A stretch of 64,000 nucleotides of DNA. It comes from Cyanobacteria bacterium P01_D01_bin.156. GTDB taxonomy: Bacteria > Cyanobacteriota > Cyanobacteriia > Phormidesmidales > Phormidesmidaceae. The stretch is taken from the NCBI GenBank assembly GCA_039024555.1, contig JBCCQQ010000004.1, positions 1 through 64,000 on the forward strand, given 5' to 3'. How positions within the stretch are numbered: position 1 is the first letter of the stretch; the number at the start of each line of letters is the position of its first letter. A model generated the notes under the pieces. The model saw only the letters and a program-made list of their open reading frames with translations. It did not search any database and was not told the origin of the DNA. The position numbers and the translations under genes were made by a program. This document shows positions 40,883 to 50,733 of this stretch, piece by piece.

Positions 40883-43846
40883 TTACCTAGCCCGCGCCAC
40901 CAACATCTGCTCCTTCATCTTCTCCACCTGAGCTGCCACCAGCGGATCAGGGTCATTTTCCATCATCGGCAACAGGGATTCTAAGGCCCGGGGAGAAGCC
41001 ATATTTAAGTAACTCAAGACCGCTTCACGCACAAAGCCCATGGGATGACGCAGGGATGCAACCACATGGTCCACATGGATACTCCACTGTTCGCCACGGG
41101 CTACATGAAAACAACAAGCCAAGGCCCAGTCCGACAGAAAGTGCCGAATTTCCATTAGCTGGCCGAGACGCCCTTGAGGCGACAGGGGTTCGTAGGCCAC
41201 AAACCCACTAATGGCCGTTAGGGTAGCCTCTTCACTAGATTGCTCAAATAGGGCTAAAATCGCTCGCTTAGCCGGGATATCTAAGGTGTTATCTAAAATT
41301 TCCAGTCCCCTAGCCCGACTGCTGGCTGAGCCGTCTAAACTAAGTTCTGCCGCTTGAATATTGGAAGAACGATAGAGAAAACGCATAAGTAACAGCATTC
41401 TCTCAAGGGCATCGGCACGCATATCTCGAATTGCCCGTCGCAGCCAATCAAACGTATCGCTGGGAGCCTTATCTTCAGAACAGTCGGCCAGGGCACCGCA
41501 GAGCTGGCCAATAAACTTAAGCTCTTGATTGAGCAAGGTTTCCACACCCTGGCGGCCCAACTGGTCAAGGGCTAGCTCAATATCGGTAGAGCGGCGGATA
41601 CTTTGCTCGTCAGCCAGTTTAACTAGAATACGTAAAATCCAGCGGCGAGGCGGCCCCCAGGAGGTCATTAGATTAGACGCCAGCAAATTCATCGCACCAA
41701 AGGTACCAATGCGACCAATGACATTCCAGGCTTGGCGACGTAGGGTGTCAGAACGATAGGGATTATTGGCCACTTCTATCAGCATGGGAAGGGCTTCATC
41801 CCTGAGATTTACCAAGGCCTGCATGGCCGCTTCCCGAGTGGATTTGTAGCGTAGGGCCTGCAGTAGCGAAGGGTAGTGTTCTTCTAACCGAGTGGCGGCA
41901 ATGACTTCTAACATAGAGCGTCGCACCCGTAGGGAGTCATCTTGCAATAAATCAGGCACGTGCAGCCGTAGTCCCTGCATGTATTCTGCTTCCCCCAGGG
42001 CGCGACAGCCCATCACTCGTTCTCGTTCCTCTTCGTGGGTCAACATCTGCTGCAAAATATAGGTGGCTTTAGCCCGCTCAGACGGGCTGCCCCGCTTGAG
42101 CATCATCGAAGCAGCGGTCCCTCGCACCACCGGATCAACACTTGTTTTGAGATAAGGCTTAAGCTTATTAACCTCCGCATCTTCCTGGGTAAGCCAAACG
42201 TAGCGTACGGCCAGTGCCAGAATAGCGGGTTCTTGGGAAGGAGAAATCAGCGCGTCCACATAGCCCGTAAAGGTGGGGTCTGGGTAAGCCAGCATGGTTT
42301 CCAAACTTTGTTTCTGTAAGCCAGACGATAGCTCGCTTAACATCGGGGCCAACACCTCACTGATACTGTGGGGTTCGATCTGGGTTAGCAATTCAATCAG
42401 GGAGCGTTTGTCGGCTTCCGGTCCCGGTTTATCCAAGGCTTCAATAATGGCCTGTTTCAATACCCGCAAACTGGCATCAGAGTAGCTCAGTAGACCCCGT
42501 TCAGCGGTGAGTACAAGCAGGTTTAGGTATTGCGATCGCAATAGAAAAATACTGCCAAGCCACAGCCCAGATAGCCCAAAAGTCACCAGTAGCAAAATAC
42601 GGTCGCCCTCAATGCCCAGCCACTTGGATAGGGCTAAGATGGCTAAAATGCCCACCCCCACCAGTCCAATGGCAACCGCTTCTGCCACACCAATCAGCGA
42701 CTGTATGCGGGCTCGTCGTTGGTCAGGCACTGGCTGAAACAGCACCGGACGACTGCTGGCTACGATCGTGTAGCGCAGCCATTCGTCAACAAATTTGAGG
42801 AGTACCAGACCGACAAATAACCCCGTTGCCCCCGCCAGTATCGGTAAACTAAATAACAAACATAGACAGCTGAGCACCACGAGCAAGACGGGCAAAATTC
42901 CAGCCGTAATGAACAGTCCCAACCGTTCAATTAACCGACTAGAGGTAAACAGCTGAGTCACCAGCTCTGCTAACCCCAAAACACCGGTAAAGATCCCCAG
43001 AAATCTGGCAGTGGTGTCAACGGAAAACCCCTGCCCCGTTAGCTGGTAGAGAAATTGATACTCCAGGAGATACAGCAGCGCCTGAGCAATCACAAAAAAG
43101 CTCAGCAATAACAATACGTAGCGACGAATGAGTTTTCGCAGGCGCTTAGCAGAAAAGTTAACGTTGGAGACTTCTACCTTCCGCCGTTTAGAGTCTGGAA
43201 AGGCATGGTCATAGGTATTGCTGATATAAAACAACACCCCGGTGGCCAACAACATGATGCCAAACACCAGGTAAATAATGTTGTTAATATCCACCACACT
43301 CAGCACGGCCACCAAGGTAAACCCGCTAAGCACATCTGCCACCAGGTTACCGCTACTAATCAACGGGAATGTCCGTTTAATTTCCCGAATATTAAACAGC
43401 TGCCCTGCCAATACCGACAGATTTAGTTCATTGAGATTGGTGATTGCCTCCATCCATAGCCGCATGGCAAAAATGGTGGGCAGCGCCCAAACTTCCACCC
43501 CCAGACCAATGCGAAACAGCAAAATGGGCAGGGTCATCAGCAAGGCAATCAGGACAATCACCTGACGTAGGGGAAAAATTCGCTGCAGCCAGGAATAGAT
43601 ACTGCCTAAACTTATCCCCACCGGGGCAGTACACAGGTAAATTAGCGGTAGGGTGCCCGCTCCATATCTCTCCAAAAATAGGGCTGCCGAACTAAACTCC
43701 AACCACATAATCCCCATGGACATGAGGGTGTAGAAGGCAAACAGCAATAGGGTGCGATCCCCTTCTTCGGTGCGTAGATTGAGTGCTGCAAACAATTTCT
43801 GCAGCCAGATTGGCGGTGTGGAAGAAAAGTCCGATTGCATAGGCAA
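40883..43846 (-). CDS. MFS / nucleotide-translocase-like transporter fused to HEAT repeats
   Basis: About 12 N-terminal TM helices with FN.RE.KR.FPLI motif; C-terminal HEAT repeats (LLQDDSLRVRR, LRHPMGFVREA). Confidence 0.82.
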   Translation of the reverse strand: MPMQSDFSSTPPIWLQKLFAALNLRTEEGDRTLLLFAFYTLMSMGIMWLEFSSAALFLERYGAGTLPLIYLCTAPVGISLGSIYSWLQRIFPLRQVIVLIALLMTLPILLFRIGLGVEVWALPTIFAMRLWMEAITNLNELNLSVLAGQLFNIREIKRTFPLISSGNLVADVLSGFTLVAVLSVVDINNIIYLVFGIMLLATGVLFYISNTYDHAFPDSKRRKVEVSNVNFSAKRLRKLIRRYVLLLLSFFVIAQALLYLLEYQFLYQLTGQGFSVDTTARFLGIFTGVLGLAELVTQLFTSSRLIERLGLFITAGILPVLLVVLSCLCLLFSLPILAGATGLFVGLVLLKFVDEWLRYTIVASSRPVLFQPVPDQRRARIQSLIGVAEAVAIGLVGVGILAILALSKWLGIEGDRILLLVTFGLSGLWLGSIFLLRSQYLNLLVLTAERGLLSYSDASLRVLKQAIIEALDKPGPEADKRSLIELLTQIEPHSISEVLAPMLSELSSGLQKQSLETMLAYPDPTFTGYVDALISPSQEPAILALAVRYVWLTQEDAEVNKLKPYLKTSVDPVVRGTAASMMLKRGSPSERAKATYILQQMLTHEEERERVMGCRALGEAEYMQGLRLHVPDLLQDDSLRVRRSMLEVIAATRLEEHYPSLLQALRYKSTREAAMQALVNLRDEALPMLIEVANNPYRSDTLRRQAWNVIGRIGTFGAMNLLASNLMTSWGPPRRWILRILVKLADEQSIRRSTDIELALDQLGRQGVETLLNQELKFIGQLCGALADCSEDKAPSDTFDWLRRAIRDMRADALERMLLLMRFLYRSSNIQAAELSLDGSASSRARGLEILDNTLDIPAKRAILALFEQSSEEATLTAISGFVAYEPLSPQGRLGQLMEIRHFLSDWALACCFHVARGEQWSIHVDHVVASLRHPMGFVREAVLSYLNMASPRALESLLPMMENDPDPLVAAQVEKMKEQMLVARAR

Positions 43847-43988
43847 ACAACTGGGCGGAGGCAGAAGTTACGAGTATGCCCAAGACGCTACCGGATCATC
43901 TACACGTCATCAATAGCAATCACTGGGTGTAACAAACTGTAATAACCATAGTGCCCATCACACCGATGGCCTCCCACTACATCGGATA

Positions 43989-45155
43989 TCAAGCAGGCTG
44001 GCCATTGGTGTGATGGCTCGAGACATGTTCGGGTAACCGTGGAAACTCCCCTGTGAGCAGCGGTGCCAGCTGCGGATAAGACTCTTGGTTTAACAAGCAC
44101 CGTTCAATAGTAGCCACATCTTCATAGCTCAGCGAAAGCTCTCCCTGGAGATGGCGCAGCCATTTTTTGAGGGGCTGCCCCAGGGGCTCTTCGAGGGAGA
44201 GTGCCGTCAGCAAGGCCTGGCGGTAGCGATCGCAATTACTTTGATGGCCAGCATAGGGAGCCATGACGTCTGCTTCAATGGCCTGACTTTGAGCCACACT
44301 CAAACCCAATTGATGGCGCAGAAACTCTAAAACATTGCGACATTCAACTGGGAGATGTCCCCGATGGCGACGGGCATATTCTTCTAAACCACGGCGATAT
44401 TCTCGCTCAGGGGAATACCCTCGAACCTCCATGAGTGACTGGTGGAGGTCATAACAGTCCCCCATCATCAAGGGCCAGAGGGAGCCATGGGTATCTTCCA
44501 AACACTGCTCCATATAGGTTTGAATATCGTTTACCGAAATCCCACCATCGGCGTCCATATCGGCCAAGCCCGAGGTGATGCCTTCGATCAGCCACTGGGT
44601 GTAAAAAGATAATCCAGAATCACCAATAGGCCAGGGAGCAGCAGCACTACCCTGGGCCGTGAGGACAGCACAGTTGCAGTCTGCCATGGGAGATGTTTCG
44701 AGTAGCGTTGCTTCCGAATAGGTAAGCGGATGGTCCACCACTGTTGTTTCTGCCGACAGCCAAAGGCAATCGAGAATCATCACCCGCTGCAGGTTTTCTT
44801 TGGTAGAGGGCAAGGCTTGGCGAATGTAGTCACTAGACAAGGCCGTAGTCGTTAAATTGGCATTATCCGTATCCTGGGCCGTTAGATAAAAGGTGCCATT
44901 GGGGGCAATTACACTGCGGCCCGTGTAATAAATCAAACATAGATCTCCCCGCCGACAGTGATAGGTCATGCGGGCAATGGCATGCTGCAGCTGGCGTAGG
45001 TCGGGATTGAGTAAAACAGTGACATGATCATCCCGTAGTCCATCGACTTCAGTTAGTAGCGTTTGCTGCAGAGACGTAACATTTGCGATCGCAGGGGATG
45101 CCCCCACCGCTGGATAATTAGCATCCACACCGATTAACAGGATGTGCTTGCCCAT
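43989..45155 (-). CDS. Caspase-family (C14, orthocaspase-like) protein with substituted catalytic dyad
   Basis: K..LLIGV..Y, LLNP, LIYYTGRS (for YFSGHG), MILDCLW (for ILDCC), SFYT..LIEG..G.AD.D.DG.I. Confidence 0.8.
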   Translation of the reverse strand: MGKHILLIGVDANYPAVGASPAIANVTSLQQTLLTEVDGLRDDHVTVLLNPDLRQLQHAIARMTYHCRRGDLCLIYYTGRSVIAPNGTFYLTAQDTDNANLTTTALSSDYIRQALPSTKENLQRVMILDCLWLSAETTVVDHPLTYSEATLLETSPMADCNCAVLTAQGSAAAPWPIGDSGLSFYTQWLIEGITSGLADMDADGGISVNDIQTYMEQCLEDTHGSLWPLMMGDCYDLHQSLMEVRGYSPEREYRRGLEEYARRHRGHLPVECRNVLEFLRHQLGLSVAQSQAIEADVMAPYAGHQSNCDRYRQALLTALSLEEPLGQPLKKWLRHLQGELSLSYEDVATIERCLLNQESYPQLAPLLTGEFPRLPEHVSSHHTNGQPA

Positions 45156-45437
45156 GGTTGTATGCTCCCGTCAAGAGTTGATGAACACTGACCCAAAATG
45201 TAAGTACTGGCATGTGTAAAATTTTCGGAAATGCCGTTCATCATCAGGATGCTTCACCCGCAGCTTTGCTTCTAGTTGCAAAAATTTGCATTGCCAGACT
45301 CCCGGATTCTTGATGCATAAAATGCCCTTACCCCCGAAAGATTTTGAACAGAATCCGGGACTCTAAGGCAGCCAACAGCCTGGAATAAAATCCGGATTCT
45401 GGCATAAAATAGTGGGCCATCCATCACTCCACTTTCC

Positions 45438-45968
45438 ATGAAACATACCCTTTCCGTTTTGGTCGAGGACGAAGCAGGCGTTTTGACTCGCATTGCCGGA
45501 TTATTTGCCCGCCGCGGCTTCAATATCGAAAGTCTGGCAGTCGGCCCGGCTGAGCAATCAGGGGTCTCGCGCATCACCATGGTGGTCCCTGGAGATGATG
45601 GAGTGATTGAACAGCTCACGAAACAGCTTTACAAGTTGATTAACGTGCTCAAGGTCAACGACATTACCGAAAAGCCTTGCGTTGAGCGGGAGCTAATGCT
45701 GCTCAAGGTAAATGCCGACAGCACTACACGCTCAGAAATCATCAACTTCGCTCAGATTTTTCGTGCCCGGGTAGTCGATGTATCCGATGAATCTCTCACC
45801 CTGGAAGTTGTGGGTGACCCAGGCAAAATGGTCGCCATCGTGCAGGTGCTGGATCGATTTGGCATTCGTGAAATTGCCCGCACTGGCAAAATTGCCTTAA
45901 CCCGTGAATCTGGGGTGAACACAGAATATCTCAAGGCTAAAACCCCCATCAGCGCTCTGGTTAATTAG
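45438..45968 (+). CDS. ilvN: Acetolactate synthase small subunit
   Basis: [36 protein letters not shown]. Confidence 0.97.
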   Translation: MKHTLSVLVEDEAGVLTRIAGLFARRGFNIESLAVGPAEQSGVSRITMVVPGDDGVIEQLTKQLYKLINVLKVNDITEKPCVERELMLLKVNADSTTRSEIINFAQIFRARVVDVSDESLTLEVVGDPGKMVAIVQVLDRFGIREIARTGKIALTRESGVNTEYLKAKTPISALVN

Positions 45969-45976
45969 TACTGAAA

Positions 45977-47188
45977 TTAACGACACTGAGCCAGCAGCGT
46001 TTTGGCCAAAATCTCAGCAATACGCTGCCCCGCCCCAGGAGGCCCCATACGGTGTAAACCGTTTTCGTAGATGGTCGCCTGTCGGTCCGGGTCAGACAAA
46101 ATATCTTGTAACGCTGCCCCGATTTGATTGGGTTCAGGCACCAGGGTAATCGACGGACCCAAGTGGCGAGACTGGGCCTGGGCAAAGCTCTGAGTAAACT
46201 GCGGACCGTCCCCAGGCAGGGTAAGCACCGGTTTACCTAAACCGACGACCTGTTCAGTAGCGGTACCAGCGGTTGCGATCGCCATGTGGGCCTGCTGGGC
46301 ATAGTCCACAAACATCCCCTGGGAAATCACCAACGAATGCGAACCCTGGCTATACCTAGATTGCTGAGGCTGCCAACCATAATCCCCAAGGGCTACTTTC
46401 AGTCGAGCCAGATCTAAGCTAGAAGCCGCCGCCGTTAAAAACGAAATTGCCTGCTGGCCCGTTTGCATCATATTTTGCGCCCCCTGTAACAGACGCAGCC
46501 AATTGTCATAGGCTTCAGGAGCACGGGACCCCGGCAGTAGCAGCACCCTTAGAGCATGGCTATCCGTCAGCTCAAGATGCGGAGCAACGACAAAACCATC
46601 CATCATGGGGTTGCCTGCGTCATAGGCATCCACCGCCCATCGCTGCAGACGCTGAGTCGTAATCCCGTCCCGCGCAAATACACAAACACTGCGACGCATC
46701 AACCAGCGCTCCCAGGGCATGTAAACACAGGTGCGTTGAAAATCCAGACTATCGAGCCAAGTCGATCGATCTAAACAGTGCCCCTGCTCGTTGCGCACAT
46801 AGTATTCAGACTTCGCCGTACCCACAAATCCATAGGCACAGCGACTTAACCAGCCAAACAACAGCGGCACAATATCCCCCACCGCCAAAACCACATCATC
46901 GGGGGTGAGCCACCGGCCCATGGCCCGCAACTGAGCAACCGTCAGCTGCAACAATCCGCCTTGCAGATCGCGAGCTAGCTGCTGACCGTCCATATAAATG
47001 AAACCACCAGAGGGCATTTGCTTCGTAGGACCAATAATTTCCAGACCTATTTTTTGGTACTGCCGCCCATCCCCCACAATTGGCAAAGCCGCTACTTTCA
47101 AATGGGGCAATATCCCTTGCAGGGCCTGCAAAATCCGGATGGCGATCAGATCTTCCCCATGGCCATTACTAATACAAAGCAGCCTCAT
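45977..47188 (-). CDS. Lipid-A-disaccharide-synthase-related protein (GT-B fold)
   Basis: LCISNGHGED, GTAKSEY, GNPMMD, LLPGSR.PE, AGTATEQ.VGLGKP, GPQF. Confidence 0.85.
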   Translation of the reverse strand: MRLLCISNGHGEDLIAIRILQALQGILPHLKVAALPIVGDGRQYQKIGLEIIGPTKQMPSGGFIYMDGQQLARDLQGGLLQLTVAQLRAMGRWLTPDDVVLAVGDIVPLLFGWLSRCAYGFVGTAKSEYYVRNEQGHCLDRSTWLDSLDFQRTCVYMPWERWLMRRSVCVFARDGITTQRLQRWAVDAYDAGNPMMDGFVVAPHLELTDSHALRVLLLPGSRAPEAYDNWLRLLQGAQNMMQTGQQAISFLTAAASSLDLARLKVALGDYGWQPQQSRYSQGSHSLVISQGMFVDYAQQAHMAIATAGTATEQVVGLGKPVLTLPGDGPQFTQSFAQAQSRHLGPSITLVPEPNQIGAALQDILSDPDRQATIYENGLHRMGPPGAGQRIAEILAKTLLAQCR

Positions 47189-47311
47189 TTCAGGCACATT
47201 TCCTGAGCGAAGTCAGCCAAGTTGTCAGAAAACTTGTCAAAAATAAACATCTACTACTGCAAGGGATGGGGATAATAGAGGATGAGAATGTTAAAAAAAT
47301 ATTAAAAAGAC

Positions 47312-47521
47312 ATGTCTCCTTTGCTGCTTCGTCAACTATGGTCCGTAATTGATACGGCTCATAGCACTCATCTTCTCAGCCTAGACGATCAGGGTTTAGT
47401 CAATTGGGTTACAGAGCAACTATGCCATCAATCACCATTAGACAACGCTGAGCTAACCCAAGTTAATCGCTATATTCAGTCAAAAGTTTCACTTATTCGA
47501 GACCTTGCCCAAAGTCAATAG
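47312..47521 (+). CDS. Small cyanobacterial hypothetical protein
   Basis: MSP.LLRQLWS.I......LL.LDD..LV.W...YI..K..LIRDLA pattern. Confidence 0.7.
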   Translation: MSPLLLRQLWSVIDTAHSTHLLSLDDQGLVNWVTEQLCHQSPLDNAELTQVNRYIQSKVSLIRDLAQSQ

Positions 47522-47607
47522 TCTCAATAAGCATTCCATATCGAAGCGTTAGCTATCGTCCTAAAAAATGCTTGCCTCCGTCTGGCACTCAATCATTGGA
47601 TAAGCAA

Positions 47608-47650
47608 GTATTAAAAATTACACAAGGCTTCAAAGAGTATTCAAGACTAC
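47608..47650. promoter_or_regulatory. Two tandem NtcA-type boxes upstream of the amino-acid ABC operon
   Basis: GTAttaaaaatTAC (47608-47621) and GTAttcaagacTAC (47637-47650). Confidence 0.55.
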
Positions 47651-47900
47651 AAAACCCTGCTATTTCAAGCAAATTAGTCCTTAACAGCTTTATATTCGTG
47701 GCGTAACTGCCGCGTATTATACGCATTAAATCCTAGTAGGCGATACCATATCTTCTTAGGATGCATATCCTAGGCTTGGGTAATAGCGTTACTTCTATGG
47801 TCGATATTTATTGTCGATCACTGATGCTTCTCCCTATGAGAAAACAGCTGCTATTAGGTAAGTTTTTTGGTTTCTTGCAATGGAGTGTGTGAGGTTAACT

Positions 47901-48992
47901 ATGGCAAAGAAGGGTTTTTCACTAGCAGCGTTGCTCGCTGTTGCTCTGCCACTGGCTGCATGCGGTGGTGCTCAAGAAGTTGTGGATACAGCAACTGACG
48001 CAGCTGGCGGTGCAGTTGATGCAGTTGCCGATGCTGTTGGTGGGAGTCGTTTAGATACCGTCCTGAGTCGTGGCACCCTAAACTGCGGTGTTGATGGGGG
48101 TATTCCTGGATTTAGCTTTGTAGATGAAAGCGGTACCTATTCCGGTCTAGACGTAGATGTCTGTAAGGCTGTAGCCGCTGCTTTGTTTGATGATCCTGAT
48201 GCAGTTGAGTACCGTAATTTGGACTCTACTGAGCGTTTTGAAGCGCTCAAAGGTGGTGAGGTAGACATGCTCTCCCGTAACACCACTTGGACTGTCAGTC
48301 GCGATACATCTGTGGGGATGGAGTTTGCTCCAACCACATTCTTTGATGGTCAAGGCATGATGGTACGTGCTGACAGCGGTGTCGAGACACTTGAAGATAT
48401 GGAAGGCCTATCCATCTGTGTTGAAACCGGTACAACTACTGAGCTGAACCTCACTGACCAGTTCCGTCAGCGTGGCGTTAGTTTTGAGCCCGTCGTCTTT
48501 CAGGATGCAGATGCGGGGTATGCCGCCTACGATGAAGGTCGTTGTGAAGGCTTTACCTCAGATAAATCCCAGCTGATTGCTCGTCGTAGCACTCTCAGCG
48601 AGCCTGAGGCCCACGTTTTACTGGAAGTTACCATGTCGAAGGAACCCCTAGGTCCTGTGACTATCAATAACGACTCTGCATGGTTCGATACCGTTAAGTG
48701 GATCACCTACGGTCTGATCCAGGCTGAAGAGTTTGGTCTAACCTCTGAGAACATCGAAGCTGCTGTTAGCAGCGAAGATCCTAACATCCTACGCTTTGTG
48801 GGTGCTGAGGGTACTTTGGGTACTGATATGGGTCTCCCCAACGACTTTATGTTGCGGGCTATCAAGCACGTGGGTAACTATGGTGAGGTCTTTGAGCGCA
48901 ACCTAGGTAAAGCATCTCAGTTTGAGCTAGACCGCGGTCAAAATGCTCTTTGGACTGAGGGTGGCCTAATGTACGCACCTCCTTTCCGCTAG
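47901..48992 (+). CDS. natF: Amino-acid ABC transporter substrate-binding lipoprotein (NatF/AapJ)
   Basis: LAAC lipobox, RG.L.CGV, GLDVD.C.A.AAA, RNTTWT..RD, SKEPLGP, VGNYGE..ERN, GGL.YAPPFR. Confidence 0.92.
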   Translation: MAKKGFSLAALLAVALPLAACGGAQEVVDTATDAAGGAVDAVADAVGGSRLDTVLSRGTLNCGVDGGIPGFSFVDESGTYSGLDVDVCKAVAAALFDDPDAVEYRNLDSTERFEALKGGEVDMLSRNTTWTVSRDTSVGMEFAPTTFFDGQGMMVRADSGVETLEDMEGLSICVETGTTTELNLTDQFRQRGVSFEPVVFQDADAGYAAYDEGRCEGFTSDKSQLIARRSTLSEPEAHVLLEVTMSKEPLGPVTINNDSAWFDTVKWITYGLIQAEEFGLTSENIEAAVSSEDPNILRFVGAEGTLGTDMGLPNDFMLRAIKHVGNYGEVFERNLGKASQFELDRGQNALWTEGGLMYAPPFR

Positions 48993-49058
48993 AGATTTCC
49001 CTTGTCTAATGGTTCCTTTTGATGATTAGAAAGGCGTCGTTAGTTAGTAGATAGTTTT

Positions 49059-49083
49059 AAGGGGCCTGATGGCCCCTTTTTTT
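49059..49083 (+). terminator. Terminator/stabilising hairpin after natF
   Basis: aaggggcc-tgat-ggcccctt followed by a T run. Confidence 0.75.
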
Positions 49084-49279
49084 ATTGCCTCACGGATATC
49101 AATTGACACCACGGTAGTCCATCACACCACAGCCACCTCAAAATTACATTACGTTTACTAACAGTTTTAATTCATCAGGTAAAAAAAGCTAGAATCGCCT
49201 ATCGCCTCAATCTTATGATGATTGAATGCGGTTGTGATTATCTCTACAGTTACGCCCAGCACCTTGTTCTCTGTTCATT

Positions 49280-50728
49280 ATGGCCAGTCGAAGTAACAGT
49301 CCAATATCTGGAATTCAGTCTCTGCTCCGAGACGAACGCTTCTGGAAGATAGCTTTCCAAGCGTTGATTGTGTTGTTTGTGGTGAATTTGCTCTGGCATT
49401 TTTCGGCCACCCTCAATGACAACATGATCGGAAGGGGTATTCAGTTTGGCTTTAGTTTTCTTAGAAATCCAGCCGGATTTGCAATTGGCGAAAGTCTTTT
49501 AGACTATCAGGCCCAGGATACCTACAATAAGGTGATTCAAGTGGGTATCATCAACTCGCTACGAGTGATGATTGTGGGGGTAATTCTGGCAACCACCGTG
49601 GGAATTACCGCAGGAGTTGCTAGCTTTTCAGATAACTGGTTGCTTTATAAAATCAGCCGTGCCTATGTGGGTTTGGTGCGCAACGTTCCTCTCCTGCTAC
49701 AGCTTTTCTTTTGGTATCTGGCTGTTTTCTTTAGCTTTCCTGCACCTAGGTCTCCCTTCATTTTTCCAAGTGCAGATCTTAGTTGGTTTGTCGTTAACAA
49801 AAAGGGAATCTATATTCCAGGTCCTGCCTTTACGCCCGCGACTTGGACCGGGTTGATTCTAATAGCGGTGTCGCTGTTATTGGTGGGGTTATTCTTTCGT
49901 TCACTTGGGATAGTACGCAAGGGTTCCTACAGAGGTGGCATTGGTCCACTGCTGGGCTATGGCTTTAGCTTGCTGATGATTCCATTGGTGGTCGTTGTTG
50001 AGTTCCTGTTGCTCTTCAACTGGAATGCGGAAAGAGGCCTGTACTTTAAAGGGGCCTTTCCATCACTCATGTCCAGCTCGCAAGGGATATGGGTCATTGT
50101 ATTGCTGGCTTTATTGATCCCTTTAGTGTTGCTGGCTCGCTGGCGTAATAAGGCAATTGTGGAGCAGGGGCAATCTGGAAAAAATCAGTTAATTGCGATC
50201 TCACTTCTTTTGTTATTCGGCCTGCTAGTTTTCCTCTTTGCCTTTGGGTGGGAATCTCCAGTAGCTGGTATAAAAGACGACGGCACCTTTACTGGCGGTG
50301 TCACTGGCGGTCTTAGACTCTCCCTGGAATACGCAGCTATCGTTAGCGGTCTAACCTTCTATACCGGGGCCTTTATTGCAGAAATTGTTCGCGCTGGCAT
50401 TCAGTCTGTTTCTCAAGGACAGTGGGAAGCTGCACGTTCTTTGGGATTAAATTCTGGTCTGGCCATGCGCATGGTGGTCTTTCCCCAGGCCCTAAGGGTG
50501 ATTATTCCGCCCCTCAACAGTGAATTTGCCAACCTGGCAAAGAACTCCAGTTTAGCCTTGGCCATTGGCTATCCAGACCTATACTCTGTAGCCAACACAA
50601 CCTTTAACCAAACAGGGCGACCGGTAGAAGTCTTTTTACTGATGATGGCAACTTACCTAATCATCAATCTCTTAATATCGGTGAACATGAACCAACTCAA
50701 CAGTGCTGTTCAATTCAAGGAGCGATAG
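49280..50728 (+). CDS. natG: Amino-acid ABC transporter permease (NatG/AapQ)
   Basis: RN.PLLLQL.FWY, AEIVRAGIQSV..GQWEAA.SLG, PQALR.I.PPL, KNSSLA. Confidence 0.9.
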   Translation: MASRSNSPISGIQSLLRDERFWKIAFQALIVLFVVNLLWHFSATLNDNMIGRGIQFGFSFLRNPAGFAIGESLLDYQAQDTYNKVIQVGIINSLRVMIVGVILATTVGITAGVASFSDNWLLYKISRAYVGLVRNVPLLLQLFFWYLAVFFSFPAPRSPFIFPSADLSWFVVNKKGIYIPGPAFTPATWTGLILIAVSLLLVGLFFRSLGIVRKGSYRGGIGPLLGYGFSLLMIPLVVVVEFLLLFNWNAERGLYFKGAFPSLMSSSQGIWVIVLLALLIPLVLLARWRNKAIVEQGQSGKNQLIAISLLLLFGLLVFLFAFGWESPVAGIKDDGTFTGGVTGGLRLSLEYAAIVSGLTFYTGAFIAEIVRAGIQSVSQGQWEAARSLGLNSGLAMRMVVFPQALRVIIPPLNSEFANLAKNSSLALAIGYPDLYSVANTTFNQTGRPVEVFLLMMATYLIINLLISVNMNQLNSAVQFKER

Positions 50729-50733
50729 GGGCG

